Assembly: GCA_905178155.1 (NCBI GenBank)
Contig: CAJINV010000012.1
Location: 1,740,492-1,804,491, forward strand
Source: Amoebophrya sp. A120
Taxonomy: Eukaryota; Protista; Dinoflagellata
DNA: 64,000 bases
Direction: 5' to 3'
Position 1 is the stretch's first letter. Each line of letters starts with the position of its first letter. The position numbers and the translations under genes are program-made. Of this stretch, positions 39,301 to 54,300 are shown one piece after another. The notes under the pieces were generated by a model. It searched no databases. It had not been told where the DNA came from and worked only from the letters and a program-made list of their open reading frames with translations.

Positions 39301-42300
39301 GCCCATCGAAGAAGCACCTTGCTGAACAATTCCCGTGGAGTTTATGCAACACAAATCTTCCGTTCCCGTACAGCAGACACAAAATGTTGCATCCCAAATT
39401 TTTCCCCAGCTGAAAGCACGCCACTTGCCATGCTGAATAGGCTTGAAGGAAAAGGTTTGTCATGCACAAACCGCGTGCGTATGTGTGCGGGAACATGAAA
39501 TTCGCTGTGCATAAGGTTTGTCTCCATCACAGCGTAGCTTCTACTCTGCTTTTCCTGAAACCAATTCCCGGCGAAAATTTCCCACTTCTCATTCCCCGAA
39601 AAGTACGTGTTTTCTGGGATCTTCAACGAAAGCGCAACAACCGGGTACGCCACTTTTCCGGCGGCGCAGTACTGTTTCAAATATCGTGAGCAAAAACGAC
39701 CCTACCCCAGAGTTGTCATGCAGATTTGGAATGACAGGAAAACTTCAACTTGTGATGCGCACCCCCATGGTAGATATTTAGAGTCGTGTTTTGGAATTTG
39801 TCATGCTGCAAACAGGATAAGCGCATGGATTTGTAACGCGGCTGTCCTTGCTAACGTGCACTGCACTACGGACTGCAACTTGTCATGCGTGACTGCCAAC
39901 ACTTTTCGGCTTGTGTTGCAAAGTCTCCATCTTGACTATGGGGCGCGGACGTTTCTTTTCCTCAGGATATCAAAAGGTCGAAGGTTTCGGTGTCGTCCTC
40001 TGTCTGTGCGAGAAAATCTGTGTTTATCATGAGAAAAAAGTGTTACAGTTACACACTCAGATGCAAGACCAGCAAGACAGGAAACCTCTGTCATGCAGGA
40101 AATGCTTCCCAGCCCCATTTCATAGGTGTTTTCCCTTAGAGTCTGCGCATTACAAGTTTTCTTTGCTATGCGGACCAACTTTGTGATGCTGTAATTGCAA
40201 TAGACAATAGAGCTGATGCTGTAATTGCAACAAATGTGTAACCGTAACACTTTTTTCGTGCGATAGTGTTGCTGGAGGAAGTACTTCTAGGGGACGAAGA
40301 ACTGTAGCTCAATTTCACTGCGCTGACGCGTAGTTGTGCGGTAGAAACAGCAACTCGCGTGCTGTTCATGTAGGACTTCAACTTGATCACGTTGCTGCCG
40401 ACCTTCATGAAGCTACTGCCAGCACCCCTTGGAATCTGGATTGCGGTCGGTAAAAAGCTGTAGCTGGACATAGACTCTAATTGTCCTCCGCTCGTCGGTG
40501 GGAATTCGACCAGATTCCCAATACTCCGCCCGTTGACCAAAACCTGTGCGTAGAAACTTTCCGTTGTATCGTGAGAAAAAACTGTTACAGTTACACACCC
40601 TGATGCAAGACCAGCAAGACAGATAACCTCTGTCATGCAGGAAATGCTTGCCAGCCTCATTTCGTGCGTGTTTTCCCTTATAGTCTGCGCATTACAAGTT
40701 TTCTTGACCATGCAGAGCAACTTTGTTATGCTAAAATTGCAACATCTGTGTAACTGTAGCACTTTTTTCCTGTGATACGTTGCGGCGGAGTCATAGTAGT
40801 ACTCGAAATTCACTTCGTAGAAGAAATCCCCAGACGAACTTATGACACGCTCAGACGTTACAATCTCAACTGTTACAATAGAGTCTGGATTTTGTGATGC
40901 AAGAAGTGCATGATGATCTAGCCAAGTCGCATAGGATTGCGCATGACAAGTTCTGGAGTGCCAAACCGCACTAGAATCTGGCAAAATTTGTATTGCGAAA
41001 AGCGCAAGACTCTGCACGTTCCTCATGCGTTTCATGCGAAGGCAAGTTCCTGACTCTATTGCAACGTCTGAGATTGTAACACCTGAGCAGGTTATAAATC
41101 TTGAGCGACTCGACGGAGGTGCAGGCGCGCAATCCGGAATCTCCCACTGCAAGTAGTCGGTCGTGTCTGCCTGTAAGGTCGCGCGCACAACACTGCCACC
41201 ATCCACTGCTTGTAAGTGCTATCGTATGAAAAAAGTGTTTCACTGTAAGGATTTTGCAAGTTTTGCATCACAAGTTTGTTCTACATCACAGAGAAAATTT
41301 GCCATGCAAGATTCCTAAGGGAATACACAGCTAAAAATCCACTGTCTTGCATGTGTAGCAAGACAAATACTTCTCAGATACATTTTCTGCATTACAAGTT
41401 TACAGTGAAACAGTTTTTTCTTGCGATAAGTGCTGCGAGTACCCCTGCAGGTATTTTCCGTGCTTCGCGAGAATATCAGAATTCCTCACCACCTTCCCGT
41501 TGTTCAACTTTGCGTTCGTTAATTTCAGCTCTTCCTGCTTCTCGGACGGGCGGCTGGATTTGTAACTGAACCCGAGATCCACGACAGAAAAGGTCCCGCT
41601 GCAATTCCCCGCAGAGGAGAAGATCGATTTTTGATCCACACCCCCACCAGACTGTAAGTTATTCCCGTACTTCGCGTAGGAATGGTGGTTTTTGTTGCCC
41701 GATAGCACGTCGCTCATCTTCAGCCCGTCGCCCTGCAAGTTCGGGCACGTCATGTTGGGAAAAAAAGGGCCAACGTAGTCGATTCCGTTCCAGGTGCCGT
41801 AGAAGGAATTCGCCAGCTCTTCGTCCGCGATGGGTTTGTAGGTGAGGCCGGGAAGAGTTGATAAGACTTTCAAGTCTGAGAAGTCTGTCGTGGTTAGATT
41901 CAAGTAAATTTTCCCGAACAGCTCTTTCTCGTTCGTACTGCTATCCAAAAACGTCCTTTCCACGGTGAACTGCTGTACATACTTGATTGCATCCAGAGAG
42001 ACATTCCAAGTCAAGAACCCTGCGTATGGCGTTCTCAACTGTTACATTCTCAACCGCTGCATGAATTTGTGATGCAAGCATGGCAAAAGTGCAAGAGGTC
42101 ACCTTGCGCGTCTTGCATGACAGATCTGGCAAAGGCCCCCAGACTGTTCGGCTCTTCGAGAATTTGTCATGCGAAGCAGCTTGATCGTGTCGATTCTGAT
42201 TGTGATTTTGCATTACAAATCATGTAACAGTTGAGAATGTAACGTTTGAGAACGCCATACAGCGATTTCCGTTTGATCCAGGTCGTGATCCAAAAACCGC

Positions 42301-45300
42301 GGGGTGATCGGGCTCGCGTCGCGGTCGGACAGAGTCAGGTAGTAGGGGGAATCTTGAGTCCAGGTCTGCATTTGCTGGGCAGCACCAGCAGCCGCTGTGC
42401 TAGTACTAGTACTGCTTGCTGTAGAAGTTGTTGCTAATGGTTCCACCTTCGCTGCAGCGGAGAGCTCGAAATAGCCGTAGTTCACGCGTAATTCCTGTTT
42501 CGTGATGGCGGAAATGTAGCCCGAATCTTGTGCGGCGAAAATGTCCACGTCCGCCGGGATCGTCAGGTTGAGTTCGTGCGGCTTGTGGGTTCTCAGCGTT
42601 TGCAGACTGGACGCGGAGGAGAACGCGGAATGGGTTTGAGGGTGAAAAATTTCTGCTGAACACAGGGCTAGCTTCTTGTGAGTTTGGCGGGGCTGTCTGC
42701 CAGCAGTACGGAAACACACACCTGCGCCTGGCGTCACATCGGGGACCTTGTCTGGCGCCAAATGGCGTCACGGGGACCTTGCGTGGCGCCACGTGGATCC
42801 TGCGTGGCGCCACGTGGCGTCACGGAGATCCTGCGTGGCGCCACGGGAAACCTGCGTGGCGCCACGTGGCGTCACGGGGACCTGGCGTGGCGCCACGTGG
42901 CGTCACGGGGATTCTGCGTGGCGTCACGGGAATCCTGCGTGGCGCCACGTGGCGTCACGGGGACCTGGCGTGGCGCCACGTGGCGTCACGGGGATCCTGC
43001 GTGGCGTCACGGGGACCTGGCGTGGCGCCACGTGGCGTCACGGGGATCCTGCGTGGCGTCACGGGAATCCTGCGTGGCGCCACGTGGCGTCACGGGGACC
43101 TTGCGTGGCGTCACGGGAATCCTGCGTGGCGCCACGTGGCGTCACGGGGACCTTGCGTGGCGCCACGTGGCGTCACGCGGACCCTGCGTGGCGCCACGGG
43201 GATCCTGCGTGGCGTCACGGGAATCCTGCGTGGCGCCACGTGGCGTCACGGGGATCCTGCGTGGCGTCACGGGAATCCTGCGTGGCGCCACGTGGCGTCA
43301 CGGGGACCTTGCGTGGCGTCACGGGGCGTCACGCGGACCCTGCGTGGCGCCACGGGGATCCTGCGTGGCGTCACGGGAATCCTGCGTGGCGCCACGTGGC
43401 GTCACGGGGATCCTGCGTGGCGTCACGGGAATCCTGCGTGGCGCCACGTGGCGTCACGGGGACCTTGCGTGGCGTCACGGGGCGTCACGCGGACCCTGCG
43501 TGGCGCCACGGGGATCCTGCGTGGCGTCACGGGAATCCTGCGTGGCGCCACGTGGCGTCACGGGGATCCTGCGTGGCGTCACGGGAATCCTGCGTGGCGC
43601 CACGTGGCGTCACGGGGACCTTGCGTGGCGCCACGTGGCGTCACGCGGACCCTGCGTGGCGCCACGGGGATCCTGCGTGGCGTCACGGGAATCCTGCGTG
43701 GCGCCACGTGGCGTCACGGGGATCCTGCGTGGCGTCACGGGAATCCTGCCTGGCGCCACGTGGCGTCACGGGGACCTTGCGTGGCGTCACGGGGACCTGG
43801 CGTGGCGCCACGTGGCGTCACGGAGATCTTGCGTGGCGCCACGGGAAACCTGCGTGGCGCCACGTGGCGTCACGGAGGTCCTGCGTGGCGCCACGGGAAA
43901 CCTGCGTGGCGCCACGGGGATCCTGCGTGGCGCCACGTGGCGTCACGTGCTGGACCTGAATTCAGGTCTTCGACTAGACCTGAACTCAGGTCCCCGACTA
44001 GACCTGAATTCAGGTCTCCGGCTGGACCTGAATTCAGGTCTCCGACTAGACCTGAATTCAGGTCTCCGGCTGGACCTGAATTCAGGTCCCCGGCTGGACC
44101 TGAATTCAGGTCTCCGACTAGACCTGAATTCAGGTCCCCGACTAGACCTGAATTCAGGTCCCCGGCTGGACCTGAATTCAGGTCTCCGACTAGACCTGAA
44201 TTCAGGTCCCCGACTAGACCTGAATTCAGGTCCCCGGCTGGACCTGAATTCAGGTCTCCGACTAGACCTGAATTCAGGTCCCCGACTAGACCTGAATTCA
44301 GGTCCCCGGCTGGACCTGAATTCAGGTCTCCGACTAGACCTGAATTCAGGTCTCCGGCTGCACCTGAATTCAGGTCCCCGGCTGGACCTGAATTCAGGTC
44401 TCCGACTAGACCTGAATTCAGGTCCCCGACTAGACCTGAATTCAGGTCTCCGGCTAGACCTGAATTCAGGTCTCCGACTAGACCTGAATTCAGGTCCCCG
44501 ACTAGACCTGAATTCAGGTCCCCGACTGGACCTGAATTCAGGTCCCCGACTGGACCTGAATTCATGTCCCCGGCTGGACCTGAATTCAGGTTCTCCGCTG
44601 GGCCGGAATTCAGGTTCCCGCCGGACCCGATTGAATTCATGTCGCCCTGACGTTGGGGTGACGCTCTTGACTTCCCGAACGCCCGAAGATAATCGTCAAA
44701 ATTTTTCACCTTCATACGGCAACCCAGACGTGCTTAATAGCAAGCTCGCATTGTACGACCCATCCGCAGCTCCAGTGGCGACGCCCATTACAACCGCTAC
44801 TGCTGAAGTGGTTGCACTGGCACCGGTTGGCGAAAAGTAGCTGGAATAAGTCGAGACGAAAGCCGCGGCGCCGTCGTCGCTGCTCGATACATCAGCTGCT
44901 GATGATGTCGCAGTTAGCCACTCGGTGTAATTGTCGATCTTCGCTATTGGTACCTCGAAAACCAGTTTCTTCTTCGACAAAACTGCGTAGTCCTCGGCGT
45001 AGTAAGTTGGAAATTCGAACGTTGGAACAACGGTAGTCGTGACCGTCACACTCGCATTCAGTGTTGCGTTCGGGTCGAATTCCACCCCTGTCGCGTTTGG
45101 ATCTATCTCCACTACCGGAGTCGCAACGAACGGCAGCTGCAAATACAGCCCCCTCTGGTCACTCGCGTTCACGGCCCACACCTGCATGGAGACCTGCAGA
45201 CTCTCCACGTGGGAAGCAAGATTGGTCACGCCCTGGTCGAACTTCATACTCGTCGTGTTCTCGTACAAAGGGAGAACGGATAACTCCAGCTGCCCTCCGA

Positions 45301-48300
45301 TTTCCCGCTGGTCTAAATCGAGATCCTCGAACACCGGCTCGGTTATAACCGCGTGGTTGTCGTAAAACAATCGGTGAAATTTCCGCGCCTCCACCGCGTA
45401 GAGAAAGTTCTGCTCGCCGAGGACGTTTTCGGCGAGGCAAATGATGTGTGTGTATTCTTTCGTCGCGGAAAGAGTTCGGTTTTGGTTTCTTATCGATTCT
45501 TGGACGAGTGTCGATTTTGGAATTTCGTATTGCTGGATAAATTCCGTGTTGTACAAACTTGTGTTGCTGTTCGCCGTTATTGTTGTTGTACTGGCATAGT
45601 AGCCTCCGATTCTTTCTGGATCGACACTGATCCCACTCGCCGCAGCAACGGAAGCTTTCGTGTAGCTTTTCACAATGAAGTATCAAATGTAAAAATGTCT
45701 GGGTCTGGAAGATTTTTAGATTTGTCATGCACATTTTCCATGACCCATGACGTCTGTGATGCATGCCGTAGCATCACAGATTTTTAGAGCGCTTTCTGAT
45801 GCCTCTACCGCATGACAAATGCCCTCTCCGCGTAGCCAAAATTGCATTCTTTTTGCTGGTCATACAATACAGATTTTTTTGGAATCCAAATGCAGCATCA
45901 CAAGTTCGGACACTTCCAGACCCAGACATTTTTACATTTGATATGAAGTCCTTGTAATTCTTCAAGCTGCTGGTTTCCGTCACCGGGCCTATCAAATGTA
46001 AAAATGTCTGGGTCTGGAAAATTGCTACATTTGTCATGCATGTCTGATATGGCTCAAGAATCTGTGATGCATGGGCACAAAGCTGTCCTCTTACCTGTCA
46101 TGCAAAAACGCAGTTTGCTATGCGGAACACGCAACACATAGGAGCCCAAAAATTTGTCATGCTTGGCTCCGTATTGCAGTGGAACTCCCATTCACTTTTA
46201 GCATTACAAATTTCCAGACCCAGACATTTTTACATTTCATAGGTCCTGTCGACGTGCTATTCACCCCACCCGTGTCGTCGTGGAAATCGACGGAAAAGAG
46301 GAGTTTTTTATCCTCGACCAAGCCTGCATCTCCTTCCGTTGCGAAGATCATCGGGTAGTCGATACCCGGAGGTTATCAAATGCAAATATGTCTGGGTCTG
46401 GAAAGTTGTGATGCTAATGTCCGAATGATACGCAACCTGTATTAGGGGGCCGCGCATGACACGTTTCTGAGGAGCTATGTCTCGCATGACACATGGCTTT
46501 TTGCATGGCAAACAAGCGGCACGACTGTAGCGCACCAAGCATGACAGACTTTTCTGTCTTGTCAGCCAAGCATGACAGACTTGCACTCTTCCAGACCCCG
46601 ACGTACTTATTTGCCGTGGATAGGGGTAGCTGCATCTGCTCTGCTGCGTACATCTGCAGAGGTGATAATTTGTACGGTAGCTCCCCCAGCACTTTCGACG
46701 ATTTCGTGTACAATATGCATTGCAAAAGTATCGTACTAGTATAAAACGCATTACAAATTTTCCCAAGAAAAAAAATTCAATTTGTCATGCTATTTCAGGT
46801 AGAAAGTTGGATTTGTCATGCATATCTGCAATTAGTACGAGTACGATACTTTTGCACAGGATATACAAGCTCTCCTCGCAAATCTCCGAGTTGTTGTAGA
46901 AACACAGCGGCTTGGGACTGCTCGCAGCATTGGAAGTTATGGTAGATGTGTTGCTAGTCAGCAAGTTCGGTCCGGGGAGAATTTTCGCCAAATAGAAGTT
47001 CAATCTTTCCACCACCGGTTGTTTCGTTTTAATCCTGTAATCGTCCAACAAACTCGTTATGTTCTTGGTACTCGTCGTTTCAAAATTGCCGACCTGCAAA
47101 TAGTAGTCCAAGTACCCGCCGATCTCGTTTTTGTCAAAATCTAAGTCGATGAAGTTCGTGATATTCGCTGTTAGATCCAAATCGTTGAACTCAAAAGTCT
47201 GCCGATCGCCCGAAAACCACTTGATAGATAAAGCGTCGGTCTGCTTGTACGTCGGATCGGTGGTTTTCGCGACTTGTAGCAGATTATTCCACTGGCCCAC
47301 CGGGCTGGTACTAGTTCCGGCAGAGTACTTGTCCGCGGTCGCGGAGCCGGCGATTCTGATATCCACCCCGACTACTTTATTCAACAAATTCGACTTCCCG
47401 TAGAGGAGTATCCACTGCAAATCTGTCTGGGTCTGGAGGGATGCAAGATTTGTCATGCATCTCGCGGACGACAGACAACATGGGCTGTAGTGCACGCAGA
47501 AACATCATAGATTTTACGAGTCCTTCCTGATTCCTATCCCGCATGACAAATCTGTCTTTCGCTTAGCAAGAAGTGGGCAGCTTTTTGGTTTCATGCAACA
47601 CAGATTTTGTTGTAGTTGAGAGTTCGCATGACAAGTTCCATCCTTCCAGACCCAGACATATTTGCATTGGATAAGCAGGGATCCGGCTTGATCGATCCCC
47701 GTCGGCTGGTTGGTGACGTTTGCCAAAAAGGAGGACTCTGGGTATAACCCGCTCAGGTGTTACAATCTCAAACGTTACAATAGAGTCCGGGATTTGTCTT
47801 GCATCATGAGCATGACAGACACGCAGACCGTTCCACTTTCTGCAATACAAATTTCGCCAGATTGTAGTGCGGTTTGGGACTCCGACTCCGGAACTTGTCA
47901 TGCGCAGTCCTATCAGAGTTGGCTAGATCATGCATTTCTTGCATCACAGATTTCCAGATTCTATTCGTAACGTTTGAGATGGTAACTTTTGAGCAGGTCA
48001 TACTGGATCCGCGTACGCGGCTTTGAAGGATTGCAAATCGGTAAATTCTATGGATTGCACCAAATAGGGCTGGGTTTGGAAGAGTGCATGTTTCTCATGC
48101 TTGTCTGGCATGACTCTTAAATCTGTCACGCACCTTACCCAAGAGCCCCACCTTGCTGCCATGCAGAAGCGCAGTTTGTCATGCAGAATAGGCAACACCT
48201 AGAAGCTCAAAAGCTTGTCATGCTGTGCCAGCACTTGTGGCCTCTTCATGATACGCCACCCAGCATCACAAGTTTCCAGACCCAGACATTTTTACAATCC

Positions 48301-51300
48301 ATAAATTCCACATCCTTCCAAAAATTCTTGTCCGCCGAACTAAACCCAGCCGACAAATCCTTCCGAAAATCCACGACCGTGAAGTTTTTCTGCCCGTTCA
48401 ACTATCAAGAGCAAATATGTCTGGGTCTGAAAACTTGTGATGCATGTCAGTGAACAGAATGTGCACTGTAATGCAGAGCCAAGCATGACAGATTTCTTCG
48501 TGGCTCTGTGTTGCGTATTCCACATGAGAAACATCGCTTTCGCATGACAGACAAGGGGAGGCCTTCCTGGCCACGCAGTACAGAGTTCAGAGTCATGCCA
48601 AACTAGCATGAGAAGTCTCGCAATCTTCCAGACCCAGACACATTTGCAACGCATATCAACAACGCCCGGACGATCGCGTTGGACTGTCTATCCGCAGGAT
48701 TGTACTTACTCGTCAAAATCGACGTGTCTTTCGGTACCGGAATCGTTAAAGTCGGCGTTGCGTCCACCGCGCAACTGGTGGTGACAACGGGAATTAACTC
48801 GGATTCATTTGTTGTCAAATTTGTTTGGTTTTGCAGAGTTGTGTTCTCGGTGCAGGTTGTGTAGTCTCTTGTGATATTCGGGGTTAGCTCCGCCACGTAG
48901 TTCACTGTGGTTGTGTTGTCACTTGCCGCCGCTTGGGACTCCGCTAGAAAAACCGCGTAGGTGACTGTGAAGGAAGGGGCTTTGGTGATAATCAGGCTGA
49001 TATTCCCTCCCACTTCCAACGGGTCCAAATCGTAATCCATAAAATGGGATTTCGACGTGTCCACACCCCCGGTTTCGTCGATCGGCTTCACGTAGGCTAT
49101 TGGTAGTTGCGTTTCGGAAAAAGTGTCTTCTGTTGTTGATGCTAACACCTTACTCGACTTCTCCAACTTCCCACTTGCGTACACCGCTAAGTAGTGCTTT
49201 TTCCCGGATAGTAATTCTGTCCTCTGAAACTCCTGCTTCAGCTCCGTTCCTATTGGTAAAACGAAGTAACTGTTGTCTGTCAAAGGGAGGCCAGTGGTCT
49301 CGTAGTTTGCTCTTTCGGATAACAGTTGCTTCGTGGTACACTGGTAGCCAGTGAAACCGGTTACAGGGTCGACAACCGCATTATTCCCAACGTTCGACCC
49401 GGTGATTGAGTAAGAATTTCTCTGCAAGAACTGGACCGCGACATTGTTCACCGTGAAACTGCTTCCCAACCCATCCAAATCATGGACAAAAGCGGAAGTT
49501 TGTGATGCGAAGTCAGAAACAGTCGCGGAGAAATCAGGAACAGCCACTGAAGCCGAAAAATTTCCACTACTCGCTATCAAGCCCGTCGCGGAATTCGGAG
49601 AGGTGCTGTTATCCTGAGTAAAAACGTACCCACGCCAGAGTTGTAATGCAGATTTGCAAAGACAGGAAGACTTGTAATGCGCATCCCCATGAGAGCCATT
49701 TCCCATCGTGTTTTGAAATTTGTGATGCTGTGAACAGGATGAGCAGATGAATCTGTAATGCGGCTGCACTTGCTAACGACCTGCACTACACTGCATAGCG
49801 CAACTTGTCATGCGTGACTCACAAAACTCCTAGGTTTGTGTTGCAAAATACCCATCCTGACTCTGGTGTGGGTACGTTTTTACTCAGGATAGCTGTAGTA
49901 GTGCGCGTAGTACTTCTCTGCGCCGTAATATCCAAGAAGAAAACATTGCAGGTGTAACTTTTTTGGAGGAACAGCATTACAAATTTGTCCGGCATGACAG
50001 CAAAAACCTGTCATGCGCAGATAGTATGTGAAAACGCCCTTAAATGGACCCTACGATGCATGCCAAGCATGACAGACGTAATCATCTTGCATGCTGCGCA
50101 TCACAAATTTACACTAACAACGCTTTTTTCCTGGATACGTAAAGGTTGCTGTTCGTAGTTTTCGCCGGAGGTGTTTTCTGTTGCGCAGAAGTGAGCGCAA
50201 GGTTGTAGTTGGTCGCGACAGAATAGCTGGAGTAGAACTCTGTGTTGTTCAAAATCTGCCTGTATTCTGCCCCAAACACCGGCTCTAAATAGATCAAGTA
50301 GTTTTTCAAATCGACCAAACCGCTATTCGCACACGCTTTCAGCTGAATGGTCTGCTCCGTCGGGAAAACCTTGGAAAAAACCGCGGATTTTGTCCCTCCG
50401 AAATACGCCGCGCCGTTGTTTTGGGAAACTATTGGGCCTCTTTTACTCACATCCAGAAACCAGTTCTCGGATAGCAGCCACGGGCAGTCGATTTGCGTTT
50501 GGTACTTGATTCCCGACTGGAGTTGTGAAGACGCCACGATTATCACATGCAAATGTGCCTGGGTCCGGAAGATTGCAGGACTTGTCATGCAGGTTTAACA
50601 TGATCCATGAGGTCTAGAATGCAGGACCAAGCGTCACAGATTCTGTGGGATCTACGCCATGTTGCCTATCCTGCACGAGAAACTCCCTCCGAACTTGGTC
50701 ATAGCATGACAAGCTGCAAGCACCCTTCCAGACCCAGGCATATTTGCAGTTGATAGCGGTGTTTGAAACTGGACTGTCGTAGTAGGAGAGAAATTGCAAG
50801 TAAACCCGCACTGCTTTGACATTCCCGTAGTTCCCGATTGATAAGCTCGCTCTCAAACTGTTCATGGAAATTGTTTTGTCGTCCGCAAAGCCCTTGACAA
50901 ACACAATGGATTTGCTCGCAAAGGAGTTCAACGCCTGGAGATTTTCAAAACTGCCGTACACCGACGTCCTGTCTGCGAAGATTGGTACGTCCGCGGTCGC
51001 GGCCGCAACGGTCGTGTACAAGTCTATCGCGACGAAGGCCGGCCGCACGTCGCCGACGGCAGTGACGTCTTTCGCCTGGAAAATGTTGAGATTTTCCTTC
51101 TGGTAGTACACCAAATCAAAAACCGGGCTAAGGCCTGAACTGCTGTTCGTGTACCCCTCCAATTTCTTCTTCCCGGCGATGATTGCGTAGTAGTCGTGTT
51201 TGGATAAACCATATCACAAGAAAAAACTGCTTCACTGTGATGACTTTGCAAGACCTGCGTCACAAGTTTGCTACACATGACACTGAAAATTTGTCACGCG

Positions 51301-54300
51301 CGCTTCCCAAGGGAAGACACGCTTGCAAATGCAATGCCTTGCAGGTGTAGCAAGACAAATAATTCTGTCTGCCATTTTGTGCATCACAAGTTCACAGTGA
51401 AACACTTTTTTCGTACGATAAACCATTCTGCGATTGGAGGCTGTTTGGATAGAAGGAGTTGAAGACACAGTCCTCCGACACCGCGTAGATTTTGTAGTGG
51501 TAATCCGATACGTAGTAATCCCTGTCGGCGACGTTCGAAGTCAAGCCGGATGCGGTGGTATGCTCTGCAAGAGTATCGCACTCGTAGTAATTGCAGTCAT
51601 GCATTACAAATCATTATCTGAAGGCAAATCCGCATTACAAAGTTTATTTTTCATGCTGAGGAAATTTGTCATGCGATTTCTACTAGCGCGATGCTTTTGC
51701 ATTTCATAGGTGGTATCGTCCAACAAATCGGCGTGGTTCTGGCACACATTCTGGTCCGAGTTTTTTGCACAGCAGACTTCCAGATTTGCGGACCCACGCT
51801 TCAGGTCCCCGTTCTCCACGCTTGCGGTGGTTGCGTAGTTGAAGCCGTTGTTCACATTGAACTGATTTTTCACGTTGTTCCCGCCCTCATCCTGATAAGC
51901 ATTTGACCCCCCGTCGGGTAAGATTGATGATAATCCGGGAAAGAGCAGTCTGTTGCTCTTTATCGGACAGGACCCCCGCGATTCCTTCCACTCGATAAAT
52001 CCGCCGACGGAATCTGTAAACAGATCCAAATCGAAGAAATCGAGCTCCAGAGACGCGAATCGGTCGGTGACTGGGGTGGAAAAATCAGACGTGGTTAGAG
52101 AAGTGGAAATCCGCTGCGAGCCGAAGGAATTCACCGCGACGATTCGCAAAAACCGGGTGGAAGCGCCCGTGTTCGCGACTCTTTTTGTAGTTGAACTTGT
52201 CATGATGTCGATTGTGGTGTTCAGATTGCTGAAATGCAAATCCTCCAATACCCCCAAATCGTGGTCCGTGTTTTTCGTGATCGAGCCGAGGAAAGTGTTA
52301 TCCGGAATGGGGAAGACAAAATTCGTGACTTCCGCCACGGGATCTTCACTTGCGGTAGAAACTACACTTCCGCCGAGCTTTTTGGTTGAACACCGCTCGC
52401 TCATTGCCAAATTCGATCCGCTTTCGGCGTAAATACCATCGAGACCACCACTTGCTGCTGCTGCAGAAGATGTATGAGCTGCAAAAGTATCGCACTCGTA
52501 TAAATGCATTACAAATTTTCTCAGCATGAGAAATACAATTTGCAATGTGGATTTACTTTAAGAAAGAGATTTGTAATGCGTGACTGCAATACAAGTACGA
52601 TACTTTAACTTTTGCACAGGATAAGATGAAACCCGATTCACACACGGCGACAAACTGCTGTAGCTTAAGCTAGTGGACGCCGTTATAGGAGTGTCAGGAT
52701 TGAAATCGAAAAAGTTGTAATGCATAAAACCGATACCAGTTGGAAGACCAACGACCAAGCGGCGCATGACAAATTTCGGCACTGTCTAAATCCAGTTTGT
52801 CATGCTGTTTAGGCACAGAAGGCTGCTTTTGTCATACTTACTACTTCAGCAACTCTATGATCTCAAAGCCCAAACAGGGTTACAGTTGGCCTCTCTTGCA
52901 ATCCCTGCAAGACAGTCACTTCGGGCCTTGCGTTTTGTGCATGGGAAACTCTTTCAACAACTTTGACGATTTCGATCCTGACGCTCCCATAGTCGTAATC
53001 CCGACGCTGTGCTCGGCACTGGTCGCTTTGCCCACAAACCAGACGTTGGAAGTGTAGAAGGTTGTGTTGTAGCCGTTTGCTGCAGTAACGTCGTCGAGGG
53101 AATGCGGATAAACATCGAAGTCCTGGTTCTCGGCGATCCCATCGACCAAATAGATCAAATACTCGACGGCATGGTAAGGAAAAATCCCCCCTCTCCGTAT
53201 TGAAAGCGCATCTTTCTAAGCAAAAACTTGCGATGCAGATTTGTGGCCACAAATCGGGTCTGTCGTGCAAGAAGGCACGCTCAGAGTGCCCGCCACGTTA
53301 TGCATGCGATTTGTAACGCTGTAAGACGTCCAGGGTAGCCGTCTACCATGCTAGGCGCCTACACCACAAGGTCCCAGCTTAGGCCAAGGACCTGCGTGCA
53401 TTCCTCTACTGCAACACAAATCATAATATGATTTGTGTTCCCAAATCCAGCATCAGAAATTTCGTTTTGATATGGGGGGGGATTTTTCGTTTTGATAGAC
53501 GGCGTGGTCTCCTGCTGCTGTTGGAGGCTTCATCGCCGAAAAGGTCAAATTCCCCGCGATCTGGTCCACATCCGGGTCGTAATCGACAAACTCCTGAACA
53601 TCAAACGCCTGCCCGTTGAAATTCAATAAAGTCGCAAACCCTGTCGGAAACGCGGTTTCCGTGTACATTGTGTTGGTATTCGAATCGAACGTGGAAGAAT
53701 AGACCGCAATGTACATCTCCCCCGGCGGGAAATTTGTGTCTTTCGATATCGCTTTCGTGACCTGCTGGACGAAACTGGCGCTGTTTGTCGTGGATAAAAA
53801 CTCAAAATCCGTGAAAATTTGATTCGCCCCGACCGGCCCGATTTTTGTCGTGCAAACGTAGCTCGGATGGTTGTAGTTCCGCAAACAATCCTCCGAAACG
53901 ACGTAGACGGAGTGAAAAACCCGGGTCTGTGCCGGGAAAAAATCAGAAGACGAACTAACTGCGGTGCAAGCAGAACTTTGCGAACAGCAAATCTCGTTCC
54001 CAGCCCCCCCAGTAGTGTTCCCCCCCGGATGAAGCGGCACATCACCGGACAGTCTGCCAGAACTGATCCCTCGGGGGCAGGTCGCTGCACCTAAACTAAA
54101 ATCTATACTGCCCCCGATCTCGTCCAAATCGACGTCTTTGTCGGTAAAATTCCCGATGGCCAACGAAACAAACGAGTCCTTCACTTCCACATTGGAAACC
54201 GTGACATTGGTCAACTGCTGTCTCTATCAAATGCAAATATGTAGTCTGGGTCTGGAAGAGTGCAGACTTCTCATGCATGTTTTCTATGCCCCATGAGGTT

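Larger units (their letters stand above)
42635..44716. mobile_element. Degenerate introner expanded by a 2-kb minisatellite insertion
   Basis: TIR tttgagggtgaaaaattt / aatttttcaccttcata. The DR has decayed, but 5-nt removal restores frame (GLP-SAF). Confidence 0.7.

Noticed and set aside
43953-44600. CRISPR-like array of palindromic repeats
   Set aside because: The spacers are only 8 bp and near-identical, there are no cas genes, and the context is a eukaryotic intron. It is a minisatellite.
42678-44840. Long ORFs of 720, 623, 403 and 281 aa
   Set aside because: Stop-free by-products of GC-rich tandem repeats inside an intron of the minus-strand gene.
46048-46058. TGGCTCAAG resembling the end of the dinoflagellate spliced leader
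   Set aside because: Only 9 nt, inside an introner, with the rest of the leader absent.
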